Shown one piece after another: positions 28,989-37,964 of a DNA stretch of 64,000 nt. Location of the stretch: assembly GCA_045654405.1 (NCBI GenBank), contig JAZONH010000044.1, positions 56,817-120,816 of the forward strand, read 5' to 3'. Positions within the stretch are counted from its first letter, which is position 1. Every line of letters begins with the position of its first letter. The notes below the pieces were generated by a model, which made no database searches, was not told the origin of the DNA, and saw only the letters and a list, made by a program, of their open reading frames with translations. The stretch comes from Acutalibacteraceae bacterium. Lineage in GTDB: Bacteria; Bacillota; Clostridia; Oscillospirales; Acutalibacteraceae. Made by a program: the position numbers and the translations under genes.

Positions 28989-30917
28989 ATGAAAGCAAGA
29001 AAATGGTTAGCTTTAATTCTTGTTGGTGTTATGCTTCTTTCCTTCGCAGCTTGTGGCGGAAAAGACAACCCCGACAACGAAATTAACGAATTAACCGAAG
29101 GCGCAATGCCCGACAACCTTATGGTTGAAAAGGTTGGTAGCCTTGACACAGATGATTTCAGCACTGCAGAGGGTGGTCTTTACTATCAGGATGACACCAC
29201 AGGAAAATATGGTGTTATGTCCTTGGACGGTAACTACGACACCGGTGCAATTTACTCAGATTGCACACCCAGCGGTATCTACTTCAAGGTTTCTACATCA
29301 CGCGACCGCAGATCCACTGATCCCGCATCATTAAACGACACAGGTCTTATTGACGGTAAGGGTAACGTTCTTGTTCCCAATGCATATGCTTATCTTCAGA
29401 ATATGAACGACAGATATATCCTTGCTATCAAGGCTACAGACATCGTTGGCTCAAAGGAAAGAGCTCTTGTTTCTTATAATGAGGGTGACCTTTCCGTTGC
29501 TTACTCAGGTTCATTTGGTAATGAGGAGGAAGACTTCTTATACGGTGGCCAATGGTTTGTTTACGACAAGACCACAGGTAAGACCGTTCCTGGTATCACA
29601 GGTACCTCTGACCAGAGCGTTGTTGCATACGGTAACTTCGTTGTATATAACGATGATGAAGGCAACCGCCACGTTGTAGACGCAAACGGCAAAGAACTCG
29701 AACATGACGAGCTCTTCGACGACGGCTCATACCGTATTGAAGGCAAGGTTGGCACAGTTTATGATACCAACGGCGAAAAATTGTTCGACTACGACGTAGC
29801 ATCATATATCCCCACTCGTATTGACGGCGATTACTACACTGCATCTATGTACGTAGATGGTGCAACCAAATACGTTGTTATGGATAAAACCGGTAAGGTA
29901 TTATCTCCCGAATTCGATTCATATCCCTCCTTCCACGGCAACTTAATTTTAGTTGACGGTACTGTTTATGACGTTACCGGCAAAAACGTTATCAAGGGCT
30001 CTTATGAATACATCGCAACAAACAAGATGTTCGGCGACTACTATTTCCTCCAAAACAATGATACATATACCTTGATTAACGCAAAGGGCGAGGTATTGTT
30101 TGAGGATACCGAAAAGAAAGACAAGAGCGTTTACACCGATGAATTTGTTGCATTCGATAAAATCGATGGTGACTACGTATATTATTCATACAAGGATGCA
30201 GACTACACAATCAAGGGCTACAGCTTCGCTCCCTGGATTGTTAAAACACCCTCAACAAACAACCTTTACAACCTTGTAAGCGTAATTACAGGCGAGACAA
30301 TCCTTGAAAATTACGATTCTTACACATACACAACCGTTCGCGGCACCGCTTACTACGTATATGCTAAATACACAGGCGGTACAGATATTTACCTTATCGT
30401 TGACGAAGCTCAGCTTGCAGAATTAATGGCTAAAAAGGATAACCTCCTTAACGACCTTATTGCAAGCTTCGAAAAAGAAGGCATTTCAGTTACAGTTAAT
30501 AAGGAAACAGGCGAGCTTGCAATGGATTCATCCGTATTGTTTGGCGGCGACTCTGCAGAGCTTACTGCAGAAGGTAAGGCTTTCCTCGATAAATTCGTAA
30601 GAGCTTATACATCTATCGCATACTCAGAGGAATATGACGGCTTCATTTCTAAAACATTCGTTGAAGGTCATACAGCACCCACAGCCGATGCTACATACGC
30701 AAGCGATATGCAGCTTTCTGTTGACCGTGCAACAAACGTTAAAAACTACTGCGTATCAACAACAGACGGCGCAGCAGTTGCTCGCTTCATCGATACACTT
30801 GATGCTGTTGGTTATTCAAATAGCCAGCCCATCTACAACTCTGACGGAAGCGTTAATATGGACGCATCACGCCGTGTTTCATTCCGCTTCATGCTCAACA
30901 TCGACCTTTTAAACTGA
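28989..30917 (+). CDS. Lipoprotein with WG-type beta-propeller-like repeats and a C-terminal OmpA-like peptidoglycan-binding domain
   Basis: ATG at 28989 after AAAGGAG. Lipobox LLSFAACGG. Repeats of the form KYGVMSLDGN.., GLIDGKGNVLVP.., VVMDKTGKVLSP... OmpA_C pattern FGGDSAELT...VEGHTAP...LSVDRATNV...ASRRVSFRF. Confidence 0.65.
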   Translation: MKARKWLALILVGVMLLSFAACGGKDNPDNEINELTEGAMPDNLMVEKVGSLDTDDFSTAEGGLYYQDDTTGKYGVMSLDGNYDTGAIYSDCTPSGIYFKVSTSRDRRSTDPASLNDTGLIDGKGNVLVPNAYAYLQNMNDRYILAIKATDIVGSKERALVSYNEGDLSVAYSGSFGNEEEDFLYGGQWFVYDKTTGKTVPGITGTSDQSVVAYGNFVVYNDDEGNRHVVDANGKELEHDELFDDGSYRIEGKVGTVYDTNGEKLFDYDVASYIPTRIDGDYYTASMYVDGATKYVVMDKTGKVLSPEFDSYPSFHGNLILVDGTVYDVTGKNVIKGSYEYIATNKMFGDYYFLQNNDTYTLINAKGEVLFEDTEKKDKSVYTDEFVAFDKIDGDYVYYSYKDADYTIKGYSFAPWIVKTPSTNNLYNLVSVITGETILENYDSYTYTTVRGTAYYVYAKYTGGTDIYLIVDEAQLAELMAKKDNLLNDLIASFEKEGISVTVNKETGELAMDSSVLFGGDSAELTAEGKAFLDKFVRAYTSIAYSEEYDGFISKTFVEGHTAPTADATYASDMQLSVDRATNVKNYCVSTTDGAAVARFIDTLDAVGYSNSQPIYNSDGSVNMDASRRVSFRFMLNIDLLN

Positions 30918-30936
30918 TAGGTTGTAATTAAATATC

Positions 30937-30975
30937 AATCCCCGTGAGTATCGTTACTCACGGGGATTCTTTGTA
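30937..30975 (+). terminator. Rho-independent terminator after the OmpA-like gene
   Basis: AATCCCCGTGAGTA-TCGT-TACTCACGGGGATT, a 14-bp stem, followed by CTTTGTAT. Confidence 0.75.
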
Positions 30976-30984
30976 TACAAACGA

Positions 30985-31022
30985 GTGGCTTGTGCAACGT
31001 ATGCACAAGCCACCTGTTTTTT
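30985..31022. terminator. Second hairpin between convergent genes, likely the essC terminator and a backup plus-strand terminator
   Basis: GTGGCTTGTGCA-ACGTA-TGCACAAGCCAC. The T-run (ctgtttttt) is on the plus side and touches the essC stop. Confidence 0.55.
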
Positions 31023-34000
31023 ATTGCTGTGTTAAAACACTTTTAATTTTCTGACAGTCATTTTCCTTAATGAAGTAACAATCACCCTGGTCAATGGGTT
31101 TCTTGAACTCACGCATTACTGCCAACGGCAGGTCAACTATCTTCATATTAGAAATGTCATCAAAGTACATAAATCTACGTGCATCACGAATACTCTTAAT
31201 AAGCTCGGGTGACGCATAAGAGATGTTGGTGTTTTCATATCCGCCGAAGATTACACAAACGTTCATATTCTTATACTTGCCAACAATATTCTTATATGCA
31301 TCCATTGCGCCCATATTATTGCTTATACACTGCATTGCATCTGCACTGTTAACAATAAGAACAAGAAGCTTTGATTCCACAAGAATATCATCTTCACCTG
31401 CGGCAAGACGAGAATATCTTGACTGCAGCTCTTCTTCAATAGCCTTAATTGTATCCACACTCTTTTCAGGCATAACCTCATAAGAAACAACGTTTTCTTT
31501 AAACTTCAACGGCATAAGCTTCTTATTTATACCATCTATAATGTGAACCTCTGTTTTGTCTGCATAATACTCATCAAGTGAACTAACAATGTACTTGATA
31601 AAGTTATGCTTACCTGAGCCGTCTCTACCGGTAATTGTAAGGGGTCCGCCCATATTACCAAGCTCAAGCACAAAGGGGCTGACTGACGCATAATCAAGAC
31701 CTGCAACAACTGAGAATGAATCCTGCATATATCCTGTTAGATTCTCTCTTACGAAGCTTTCTGTCAACAACTCGGGTATTACAGGAATCATCTTTGCGAA
31801 TGATTTCTTGTACTTGCTATTTGTTTCTTCAATAAACGTCTTGATTTCTTTTACTCGGTCAATTTCTTTTTCGCCGCGGAATGCAAGGTATGCCTGACAA
31901 TCAAGATGAGTTTTGTCGATTTCAACAATACATCTACCGTGAATGTCATCAATACGCTGGCTACAATGGTCAAACAATGAGCTGTACTCGTTTGAATCGT
32001 TGCAGAACAATGCAATACGTGTTGAGAAATTAGAAAGATATTTATAACCGATTCCCTGTGTATGTGCGTTTGCAATAATAATACTTATACCAACGGATAA
32101 GCCCTCGCGGCAAATTGCCAGAAGCTCGTCATCATCCTGGAAGTAAAGCTCTTTGAGAGCGGTAAGGTTATCTATCATCAATACAATCTGAGGAAGGTCT
32201 GTTCTGCCTGCCTCACGATATGCTGAGAATGAGCTTACGCCCACTGAAAGAAGCTTTTCTTTTCTCTGTGCAATTTCTGTATTAATTAGCTTAAACAGGT
32301 TCTTAAGCTTTTCATCCTCAGAGGATGTTACAACGCCACCAACGTGGTTAAGCTTTTCAAAGTTCTTAAGCACCATTGATGCAAAGTCTATAATGTAAAT
32401 AGAAACCTCATCGGGTGTATACTTTGTTGACAAGCCACGAATGATATTTTGTAAAATGTTGGTTTTACCGCTTTGTGCAGAACCGATAAGCATAACGTTC
32501 TGGTTGCCGATATCGATTTTATAAGTTCCCTGATACTGGTTATCGGGATCATCATATACACCGATTTCAACCTCGATTTTGCCGTTATCAACCTTTTCGT
32601 GATTAACAAAATCTATACATGTATCCAAGGACGGCAAGCAAATATCAGGTAATTTTTCCAAATGCTTGCTTTCAAAATGATTGTGAACATACTGAACAAT
32701 TGCATCAAGCTGTGTAGAGCCACCGTCTTTTTTGTCCTTTTTCTGCACGTATACAGGAACACGCTTGCCTGAATCTGTGATCTGGAAAATTGAGAATTCT
32801 TTAACCTTGCTTTCGTCAGCCTTTTCAGAAGCACCACTGTACGCAGACTGGAACAATTCGAAAATTTCGTTATTACCAACCTGTAAATATGCACGACCGG
32901 GCTCTTTAATTTCAGCCGCAAGGGGTGATTTAAGAACCTCGTTACTATCCTCGGGACCCTGAACCTTAAGACAAAGCTTGAATCTTGAGTTACTCCAGAT
33001 CTGCTCGTTAACCTGACCTGCAGGCTTCTGTGTGGCAAGAATAAGGTGTACACCAAGGCTTCGACCGATACGAGCCGCAGAAATAAGCTCCTTCATAAAC
33101 TCGGGCTGCTCTGCTTTAAGCTCGGCAAACTCGTCAACAATGATAATAAGGTGGGGCAACGGAATTTGTGTTTCGCCCGCTTTGTATTTCTTGATGTATT
33201 TATCAATATGGTTTACGTCTGCATCGGCAAAAAGTCTCTGACGCTTCTGAAGCTCTGCTTTAATTGATTTAAGTGAACGGTTAATTTCCTTACCATCGAT
33301 GTTGGTAATAGCACCCATCATATGGGGTAATTCTCTGAACTGGTTTGCCATACCACCGCCCTTAAAGTCGATAATTACAAAGCCGACCTCATAGGGATGG
33401 AAAAGGGTTGCCATTGAAAGAATGTATGTCTGAAGAATTTCAGATTTACCTGAACCGGTGGTACCTGCAACAAGACCGTGGGGGCCGTGTGCCTTATCGT
33501 GCAGGTCAAGATAAACCGTACCTGTTTTTGAAACACCCAAGGGTGCTGACATAGACTTAAATACCTGTGAGGTCTGCCAACGCCTGTCAAGGTCAATATC
33601 ATCAACCGCAAGAATATTGAGCATTTCAAACAAGGATATGCTCTTTGTAAGCGAGCCTTCAAGTGAAATCTCCTCTGTATAAACAGGTGCAAGAATACGT
33701 ACAATATCAGCCGCGGATGCATTGTCAATCTTAGGATATGTGAACGCCTCTGTTTTGCTTCTATCCTCGGTATGTATAAGGTTTGCGGTGCTGTTGCCCT
33801 GAATATCGATTATATATGAGCAGCCCATAGGAACGTCCGCTCTTGTGTTACCGAAGAACACAAAAATCACGCCTAAATCCTTAGCTTCGTCGATGAATCT
33901 TGAAATAGGATGATTCTGGAAGCCGTATTCATCGTGGAAGAATACCACGATACGATTTTCAAATTTCTTTTCCTGCTTTCTGAAGGAAAGCTCTTTGTAA

Positions 34001-35529
34001 AGGTACTCGAAAACAAAGTTCTTGCTTTCATCGTCTGTAACAATAAGACGGCTACCCAATTCCTCAGAATATGCGTGGGGTAACATACGCAACCAACGCA
34101 CGTTTTTAGCGTGTCTTTTTTCTGCTACAAAAATCATCTTAACGTCGCTATGATACTGTCTTGCGGCAATATCAACGATAAGATTCTTCATTATTTCAAA
34201 GCGCTCGTATTTGTCACCGATAACGCCGATTGCGTTTGCCTCTTTAAGGTCACACACAATGGGAGCATTGCCGATATATTTGTAATCCTCGCTGAGCTTT
34301 TCGGGCATCTGCTGAAGGTCGTCGCCTACCTCAAGCTTTTCCTGCTTTTTGTAATTGATTTCACGGGTTGCCTCAACAAGACCGTTACCCAATCTTACAC
34401 AAAGGAAATCCTCGTCTGTGGGACGTCTGTCAAACAAATCTGAGGAGAATGCGCCTAAGCGCTGTCTTTCAATATCCTGAGAAACATAAATATCTTCGCG
34501 AACCCTATGCTCCTCAGCACGGCACTGCTCAATTTCCTTGCGCTTCTGTGCTATATACGCATTGTAGGTATCTCTGCGCTCCTTAAGACTGTTTTCGTAG
34601 TCCTTTTGTCCCTCTCGTTTGTTTAAAAATACAGTGGCCAATGATATACCGATGGAAAAAAGGCTAACCACTATCATAAGGGGATTTACTACTACCATCA
34701 TAAGTGATGATACTACCATACTTAATGATGGCAACAACTTTGTAAGAAGATTACCCTTCTTCGGCTTCTGGGGCTTTGCCGAAGGATCAAGAATTTCAAT
34801 TTTTTCGTCGTTTATAACAGCCTTAATTCGTGTGTTTCTGTTGAATTTAGGATAAGAATTCTTTTCAGGCGAATCCTTGAATGATATAGCGTTCAAGCCC
34901 ATATCATCCCTTATCTGAGTCCAGATTTTACCGTCCTTGTAATAGAAGAAATAATCCGAAAGAGAGAAGAAGTCGCCGTTTTTGATAACCTCGTTACCCA
35001 CGGCTTTTTTACCATTATGGTAAACGCCGTATTGGCTATAGCCTATTTTAAGCTGATAGCCATCGCCTCTTTTTACCAATGTAATAGCATCGTTTTTAAT
35101 AAAGGGACTTGCAAGCACAATATTGCTATCTGCTCTTGCGCCGATAGAAATGGTGCTCAAGCTTGCAACGTCAAGAACTCGCTCGTACTTAAGCTTACCA
35201 TTATCAAAGTCGATAAGGAATTCGATAGTGAAGGCAGTAATATCAGAATCCTGATACTTAACGTCGATAATATCGCCGTTTCGTAAGGATATATTCATAA
35301 GCTTCCTTACGTCGCCAACCGAAAGATATAAATTGTCTGCACAGAATACAGACCACTGACCATTATTTTTTGTAAATAATAATTCAATGGGGCCAAAAAA
35401 CAATTTTTTGTGCAAACGAGCCTCGCAATCAACACCCGTACCTATTTTATATTGGTTACATTCAGGTGTTAATTCAACCTCTTTATATAAATTCTGGTTT
35501 GAAATTATAATTTTATATCTGCTATTCAC
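31021..35529 (-). CDS. essC: Type VII secretion (T7SSb-type) FtsK/SpoIIIE-family ATPase EssC
   Basis: 1502 aa with a GTG start 7 nt after AAGGGGGG. Two N-terminal FHA-like beta domains. Two TM segments (LLPSLSMVVSSLMMVVVNPLMIVVSLFSIGISLATVFL). Three P-loop modules (GLVAGTTGSGKSE with IIIVDEFAEL; LIGSAQSGKTN with VLMIDNL; ITGRDGSGKHN with LVLIVNSAD). Preceded by a YukD-like gene. Confidence 0.9.
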   Translation of the reverse strand: MNSRYKIIISNQNLYKEVELTPECNQYKIGTGVDCEARLHKKLFFGPIELLFTKNNGQWSVFCADNLYLSVGDVRKLMNISLRNGDIIDVKYQDSDITAFTIEFLIDFDNGKLKYERVLDVASLSTISIGARADSNIVLASPFIKNDAITLVKRGDGYQLKIGYSQYGVYHNGKKAVGNEVIKNGDFFSLSDYFFYYKDGKIWTQIRDDMGLNAISFKDSPEKNSYPKFNRNTRIKAVINDEKIEILDPSAKPQKPKKGNLLTKLLPSLSMVVSSLMMVVVNPLMIVVSLFSIGISLATVFLNKREGQKDYENSLKERRDTYNAYIAQKRKEIEQCRAEEHRVREDIYVSQDIERQRLGAFSSDLFDRRPTDEDFLCVRLGNGLVEATREINYKKQEKLEVGDDLQQMPEKLSEDYKYIGNAPIVCDLKEANAIGVIGDKYERFEIMKNLIVDIAARQYHSDVKMIFVAEKRHAKNVRWLRMLPHAYSEELGSRLIVTDDESKNFVFEYLYKELSFRKQEKKFENRIVVFFHDEYGFQNHPISRFIDEAKDLGVIFVFFGNTRADVPMGCSYIIDIQGNSTANLIHTEDRSKTEAFTYPKIDNASAADIVRILAPVYTEEISLEGSLTKSISLFEMLNILAVDDIDLDRRWQTSQVFKSMSAPLGVSKTGTVYLDLHDKAHGPHGLVAGTTGSGKSEILQTYILSMATLFHPYEVGFVIIDFKGGGMANQFRELPHMMGAITNIDGKEINRSLKSIKAELQKRQRLFADADVNHIDKYIKKYKAGETQIPLPHLIIIVDEFAELKAEQPEFMKELISAARIGRSLGVHLILATQKPAGQVNEQIWSNSRFKLCLKVQGPEDSNEVLKSPLAAEIKEPGRAYLQVGNNEIFELFQSAYSGASEKADESKVKEFSIFQITDSGKRVPVYVQKKDKKDGGSTQLDAIVQYVHNHFESKHLEKLPDICLPSLDTCIDFVNHEKVDNGKIEVEIGVYDDPDNQYQGTYKIDIGNQNVMLIGSAQSGKTNILQNIIRGLSTKYTPDEVSIYIIDFASMVLKNFEKLNHVGGVVTSSEDEKLKNLFKLINTEIAQRKEKLLSVGVSSFSAYREAGRTDLPQIVLMIDNLTALKELYFQDDDELLAICREGLSVGISIIIANAHTQGIGYKYLSNFSTRIALFCNDSNEYSSLFDHCSQRIDDIHGRCIVEIDKTHLDCQAYLAFRGEKEIDRVKEIKTFIEETNSKYKKSFAKMIPVIPELLTESFVRENLTGYMQDSFSVVAGLDYASVSPFVLELGNMGGPLTITGRDGSGKHNFIKYIVSSLDEYYADKTEVHIIDGINKKLMPLKFKENVVSYEVMPEKSVDTIKAIEEELQSRYSRLAAGEDDILVESKLLVLIVNSADAMQCISNNMGAMDAYKNIVGKYKNMNVCVIFGGYENTNISYASPELIKSIRDARRFMYFDDISNMKIVDLPLAVMREFKKPIDQGDCYFIKENDCQKIKSVLTQQ

Positions 35530-35542
35530 TTTTTCGCCCCCC

Positions 35543-35797
35543 TTACTCAGTAAAATTTATTACGCTACCGTTGCGTATGCCGTATTCCTTCAGGGTTTTG
35601 TTACCTCGGAGCAACGCAATGGGATTTTCTGCCTTAAGATAGCAATTTTTAATATCCGCCGTATCAATACCCAATTGGTACGCCTGATTAAGAGCAATTG
35701 TAAGGTCGTTGCCCGAAATATCCAGCGGCACCTCTAAATCTGCCGTAAAGCCTCTGTTTAAAATATTAAAAATAATTATTGCCGTGTCCTTAGCCAT
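35543..35797 (-). CDS. esaB: EsaB/YukD-like ubiquitin-fold T7SS accessory protein
   Basis: ATG at 35797 after GAGGGGGA. 84 aa. The pattern DLEVPLDISGNDLTIALNQAY...LLRGNKTLKEYGIRNGSVINF matches EsaB/YukD. Its stop is embedded in the essC RBS. Confidence 0.75.
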   Translation of the reverse strand: MAKDTAIIIFNILNRGFTADLEVPLDISGNDLTIALNQAYQLGIDTADIKNCYLKAENPIALLRGNKTLKEYGIRNGSVINFTE

Positions 35798-35832
35798 AAT
35801 ATTTCCCCCTCGCAATTATGCGATTTTTTAAA

Positions 35833-36891
35833 TCATATAAGTAAAAATGTTGTTTTCTGTACGCCCTTTTGACTTGAAAAATCATCCGGCTTCATTTTTG
35901 AATATTCTGAAAAATGCTCAATATATTCATTGACCGCAAATTTAATAGTAACATCTGATGAAACCAGAGCGTTTGCGCTCTTTCTGTCAAAGTCATTACA
36001 AACAAACATATACTTTTCTGCATTCAGGCCGTTTATGTTGGAAGCAAGTATATTCGTTGCATAAACTGAACCCATATCCTGCTTGGTAACAATAATTACC
36101 CTGTCCGCTACATTAAGCAACGTTGCCTTAAAATCATCAAAAGCGACATCTGCATCCACAACGATGTAATCATACTCTTTTGATTTTTTAGCCGCGGTTG
36201 CAAGCTCAGAAAACACCATGTAGCTTATACCCAAAGACATCAATGATGCTTTGAACGGCGGTATATAGCTGAAAAGCTCTTTTCTTACTACGTGCTTTAT
36301 TTCAGAGAACACAAGTGATGAATGATTAGTAAATCTTGCGTACACGTCCAGCGCCGTTATAGGTGTTTTGTTGTCGAGCAAATGTTGAAAATGCTGCAAG
36401 CGGTCTGCGTTGATATACAAAACCTTTTTATAGTTTTTTGTAAGACAAGCACTGATGCCCAAAGCAACGGTTGTTTTACCTGTACCGCCGCAAGCAGAGG
36501 TCACAAGTATAATCTGCGGTTCCTTTTTTTCACCGCTCTTAACCCTTAAAGAGCCCTGACTTTTACCAATAATTTCAGTAAAAATCTCTTTTATGCTTGT
36601 ATATTTATATATATGGCTTACGTTAAGTTGAGCGGTAGATTCCTCAGTGTATTGCTCAGTCATAATAAAAATCTGACCAATATCGTGCCTCAACACACTG
36701 TCATCAAACAAATCCTCAGAAACAATAAGAATTTCTGCCTTTTTTGGCTCAGAAAAATATTGATTAAAATAACCTTCCTCGGTTATAACTTCAATATCTA
36801 CCTTTTCAAAAAACTCTTCTACAAACTTATATTGTATGGGAACTATATAATCCCTGTCGTAATCAGCAATTATAATTTTGGGTTTTGCCAT
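35833..36891 (-). CDS. TadZ/CpaE-like protein: an N-terminal receiver-like domain plus a ParA/MinD-type P-loop ATPase domain
   Basis: 352 aa. The N-terminal alternating beta/alpha pattern KIIIADYDRDY...AEILIVSEDLF is receiver-like with degenerate acidic residues. P-loop ILVTSACGGTGKTTVALG, with Cys where the deviant-Walker-A signature Lys sits. DYIVVDAD looks like Walker B. Confidence 0.6.
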   Translation of the reverse strand: MAKPKIIIADYDRDYIVPIQYKFVEEFFEKVDIEVITEEGYFNQYFSEPKKAEILIVSEDLFDDSVLRHDIGQIFIMTEQYTEESTAQLNVSHIYKYTSIKEIFTEIIGKSQGSLRVKSGEKKEPQIILVTSACGGTGKTTVALGISACLTKNYKKVLYINADRLQHFQHLLDNKTPITALDVYARFTNHSSLVFSEIKHVVRKELFSYIPPFKASLMSLGISYMVFSELATAAKKSKEYDYIVVDADVAFDDFKATLLNVADRVIIVTKQDMGSVYATNILASNINGLNAEKYMFVCNDFDRKSANALVSSDVTIKFAVNEYIEHFSEYSKMKPDDFSSQKGVQKTTFLLI

Positions 36892-36914
36892 GCCAATTTA
36901 TACCCCTTTGTAGT

Positions 36915-37847
36915 TTATTCTATAACAAATTGGAAATCGCTGTTTGCCAAGCGAACAATATCGCCGTTCTTAATATAATACGGCTTATTAGGCTCTAGCT
37001 TTGCGTTGTTAATATACGTACCATTAGCGCTTTTAAGGTCGGTAATTGTGTATTTGCTCCTATATTTTTCTATACGGCAATGGGTTTTGCTTATCATACC
37101 GTTAAAGGTTACAACACCATCTGCCGCGCCCGAGCTTCTGCCAATAAGGAAGCTATCTTTATTAATAACAAATTCCGTCGGTGTGGGTGAATTCATCGCA
37201 ACAAGCCTTGCTGTACGATCCAGAATGGATTTACGTATCGGGCTTTCAGGTCTTCTGTACGTGCTGGTTGCAGAGCCGCCCGTTTTACCGATGCCGTTAT
37301 AAACATCCTCCAACGTTTTCGTGCCGTCGGATAAATCCGACTGAAGTCTTAAAAGCTCAGGCGTAGCAAAGCTGTGGAAAGCGGAAATTGTTTTTATTAA
37401 CGTAGTTCTTAATTCACTTTCAAAGGAAGCGTAATCAGTAAACATACCCTTCTCTACGGGAACATAAACAAGATTAACCTTGTAGGTGTTTGCATCAACA
37501 AAAATATGCTCAAATGATATATCGATATTTTCACAGCTCAAAAAGCCGTTATTCTTTACTGACAGAATTGAAGCAAATAAATTCGAAACCACAGTAATAA
37601 AATTATCGGGCGAAATGCCTGACATCATACTGAGAAGCGGCTTGTTTGAATTAACGATATAGAACAACTGTATTTTGCCGTTATATTTCATCTTCATACA
37701 CCTTAAAAGGCTGTTGCTGCCCTGGCTTTGCAGCACCTTATATTCGGTTGTCAAAAACAGACTGTTGTCATTTAATATGTATGAAAAATTAGATCCACAC
37801 GCTAATTCTTCAAGCAATCCTTTTTGAACTAATGAATTCATAAACAT
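36915..37847 (-). CDS. FHA-domain protein with a conserved N-terminal domain (DUF6382-like), paralog of 48083-49822
   Basis: 310 aa. The C-terminal FHA has canonical GR / SKTH / SANGTYIN residues. The ATG at 37841 (MNSLVQ..) is better spaced from AGGGG than the one at 37847. Confidence 0.75.
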   Translation of the reverse strand: MFMNSLVQKGLLEELACGSNFSYILNDNSLFLTTEYKVLQSQGSNSLLRCMKMKYNGKIQLFYIVNSNKPLLSMMSGISPDNFITVVSNLFASILSVKNNGFLSCENIDISFEHIFVDANTYKVNLVYVPVEKGMFTDYASFESELRTTLIKTISAFHSFATPELLRLQSDLSDGTKTLEDVYNGIGKTGGSATSTYRRPESPIRKSILDRTARLVAMNSPTPTEFVINKDSFLIGRSSGAADGVVTFNGMISKTHCRIEKYRSKYTITDLKSANGTYINNAKLEPNKPYYIKNGDIVRLANSDFQFVIE

Positions 37848-37918
37848 ACCCCTACATCATACTTTTTGTTTATCTGAAGTAAAAACACAAAAATGCCCTT
37901 ACTTCAAATAAACCTTCT

Positions 37919-37945
37919 CCCCGGTGCAGGCTGCCCTGCACCGGG
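37919..37945 (-). terminator. Strong GC hairpin in the only large gap of the operon, possibly a partial terminator or processing site
   Basis: CCCGGTGCAGG-(4 nt)-CCTGCACCGGG. On the minus strand it is followed by GAGAAGGTTTATTTG, and then by a second stem GAAGTAA..TTACTTC. Confidence 0.4.
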
Positions 37946-37964
37946 TTTGGTTTAGTTAATTATT

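Noticed and set aside
31021-35529. Reading the FtsK/SpoIIIE protein as a conjugative or ICE DNA translocase, or as the SpoIIIE/FtsK division protein
   Set aside because: It has three tandem P-loop modules, two N-terminal FHA-like domains, only two TMs, and a translationally coupled YukD-like gene. That is the EssC layout. There is no relaxase, integrase, T4SS or replication gene in the window.
35833-36891. Reading the locus as a Tad/Flp pilus cluster because of the TadZ-like ATPase
   Set aside because: No CpaF/TadA ATPase, TadB/TadC platform, Flp pilin or prepilin peptidase ORF is present anywhere in the window.
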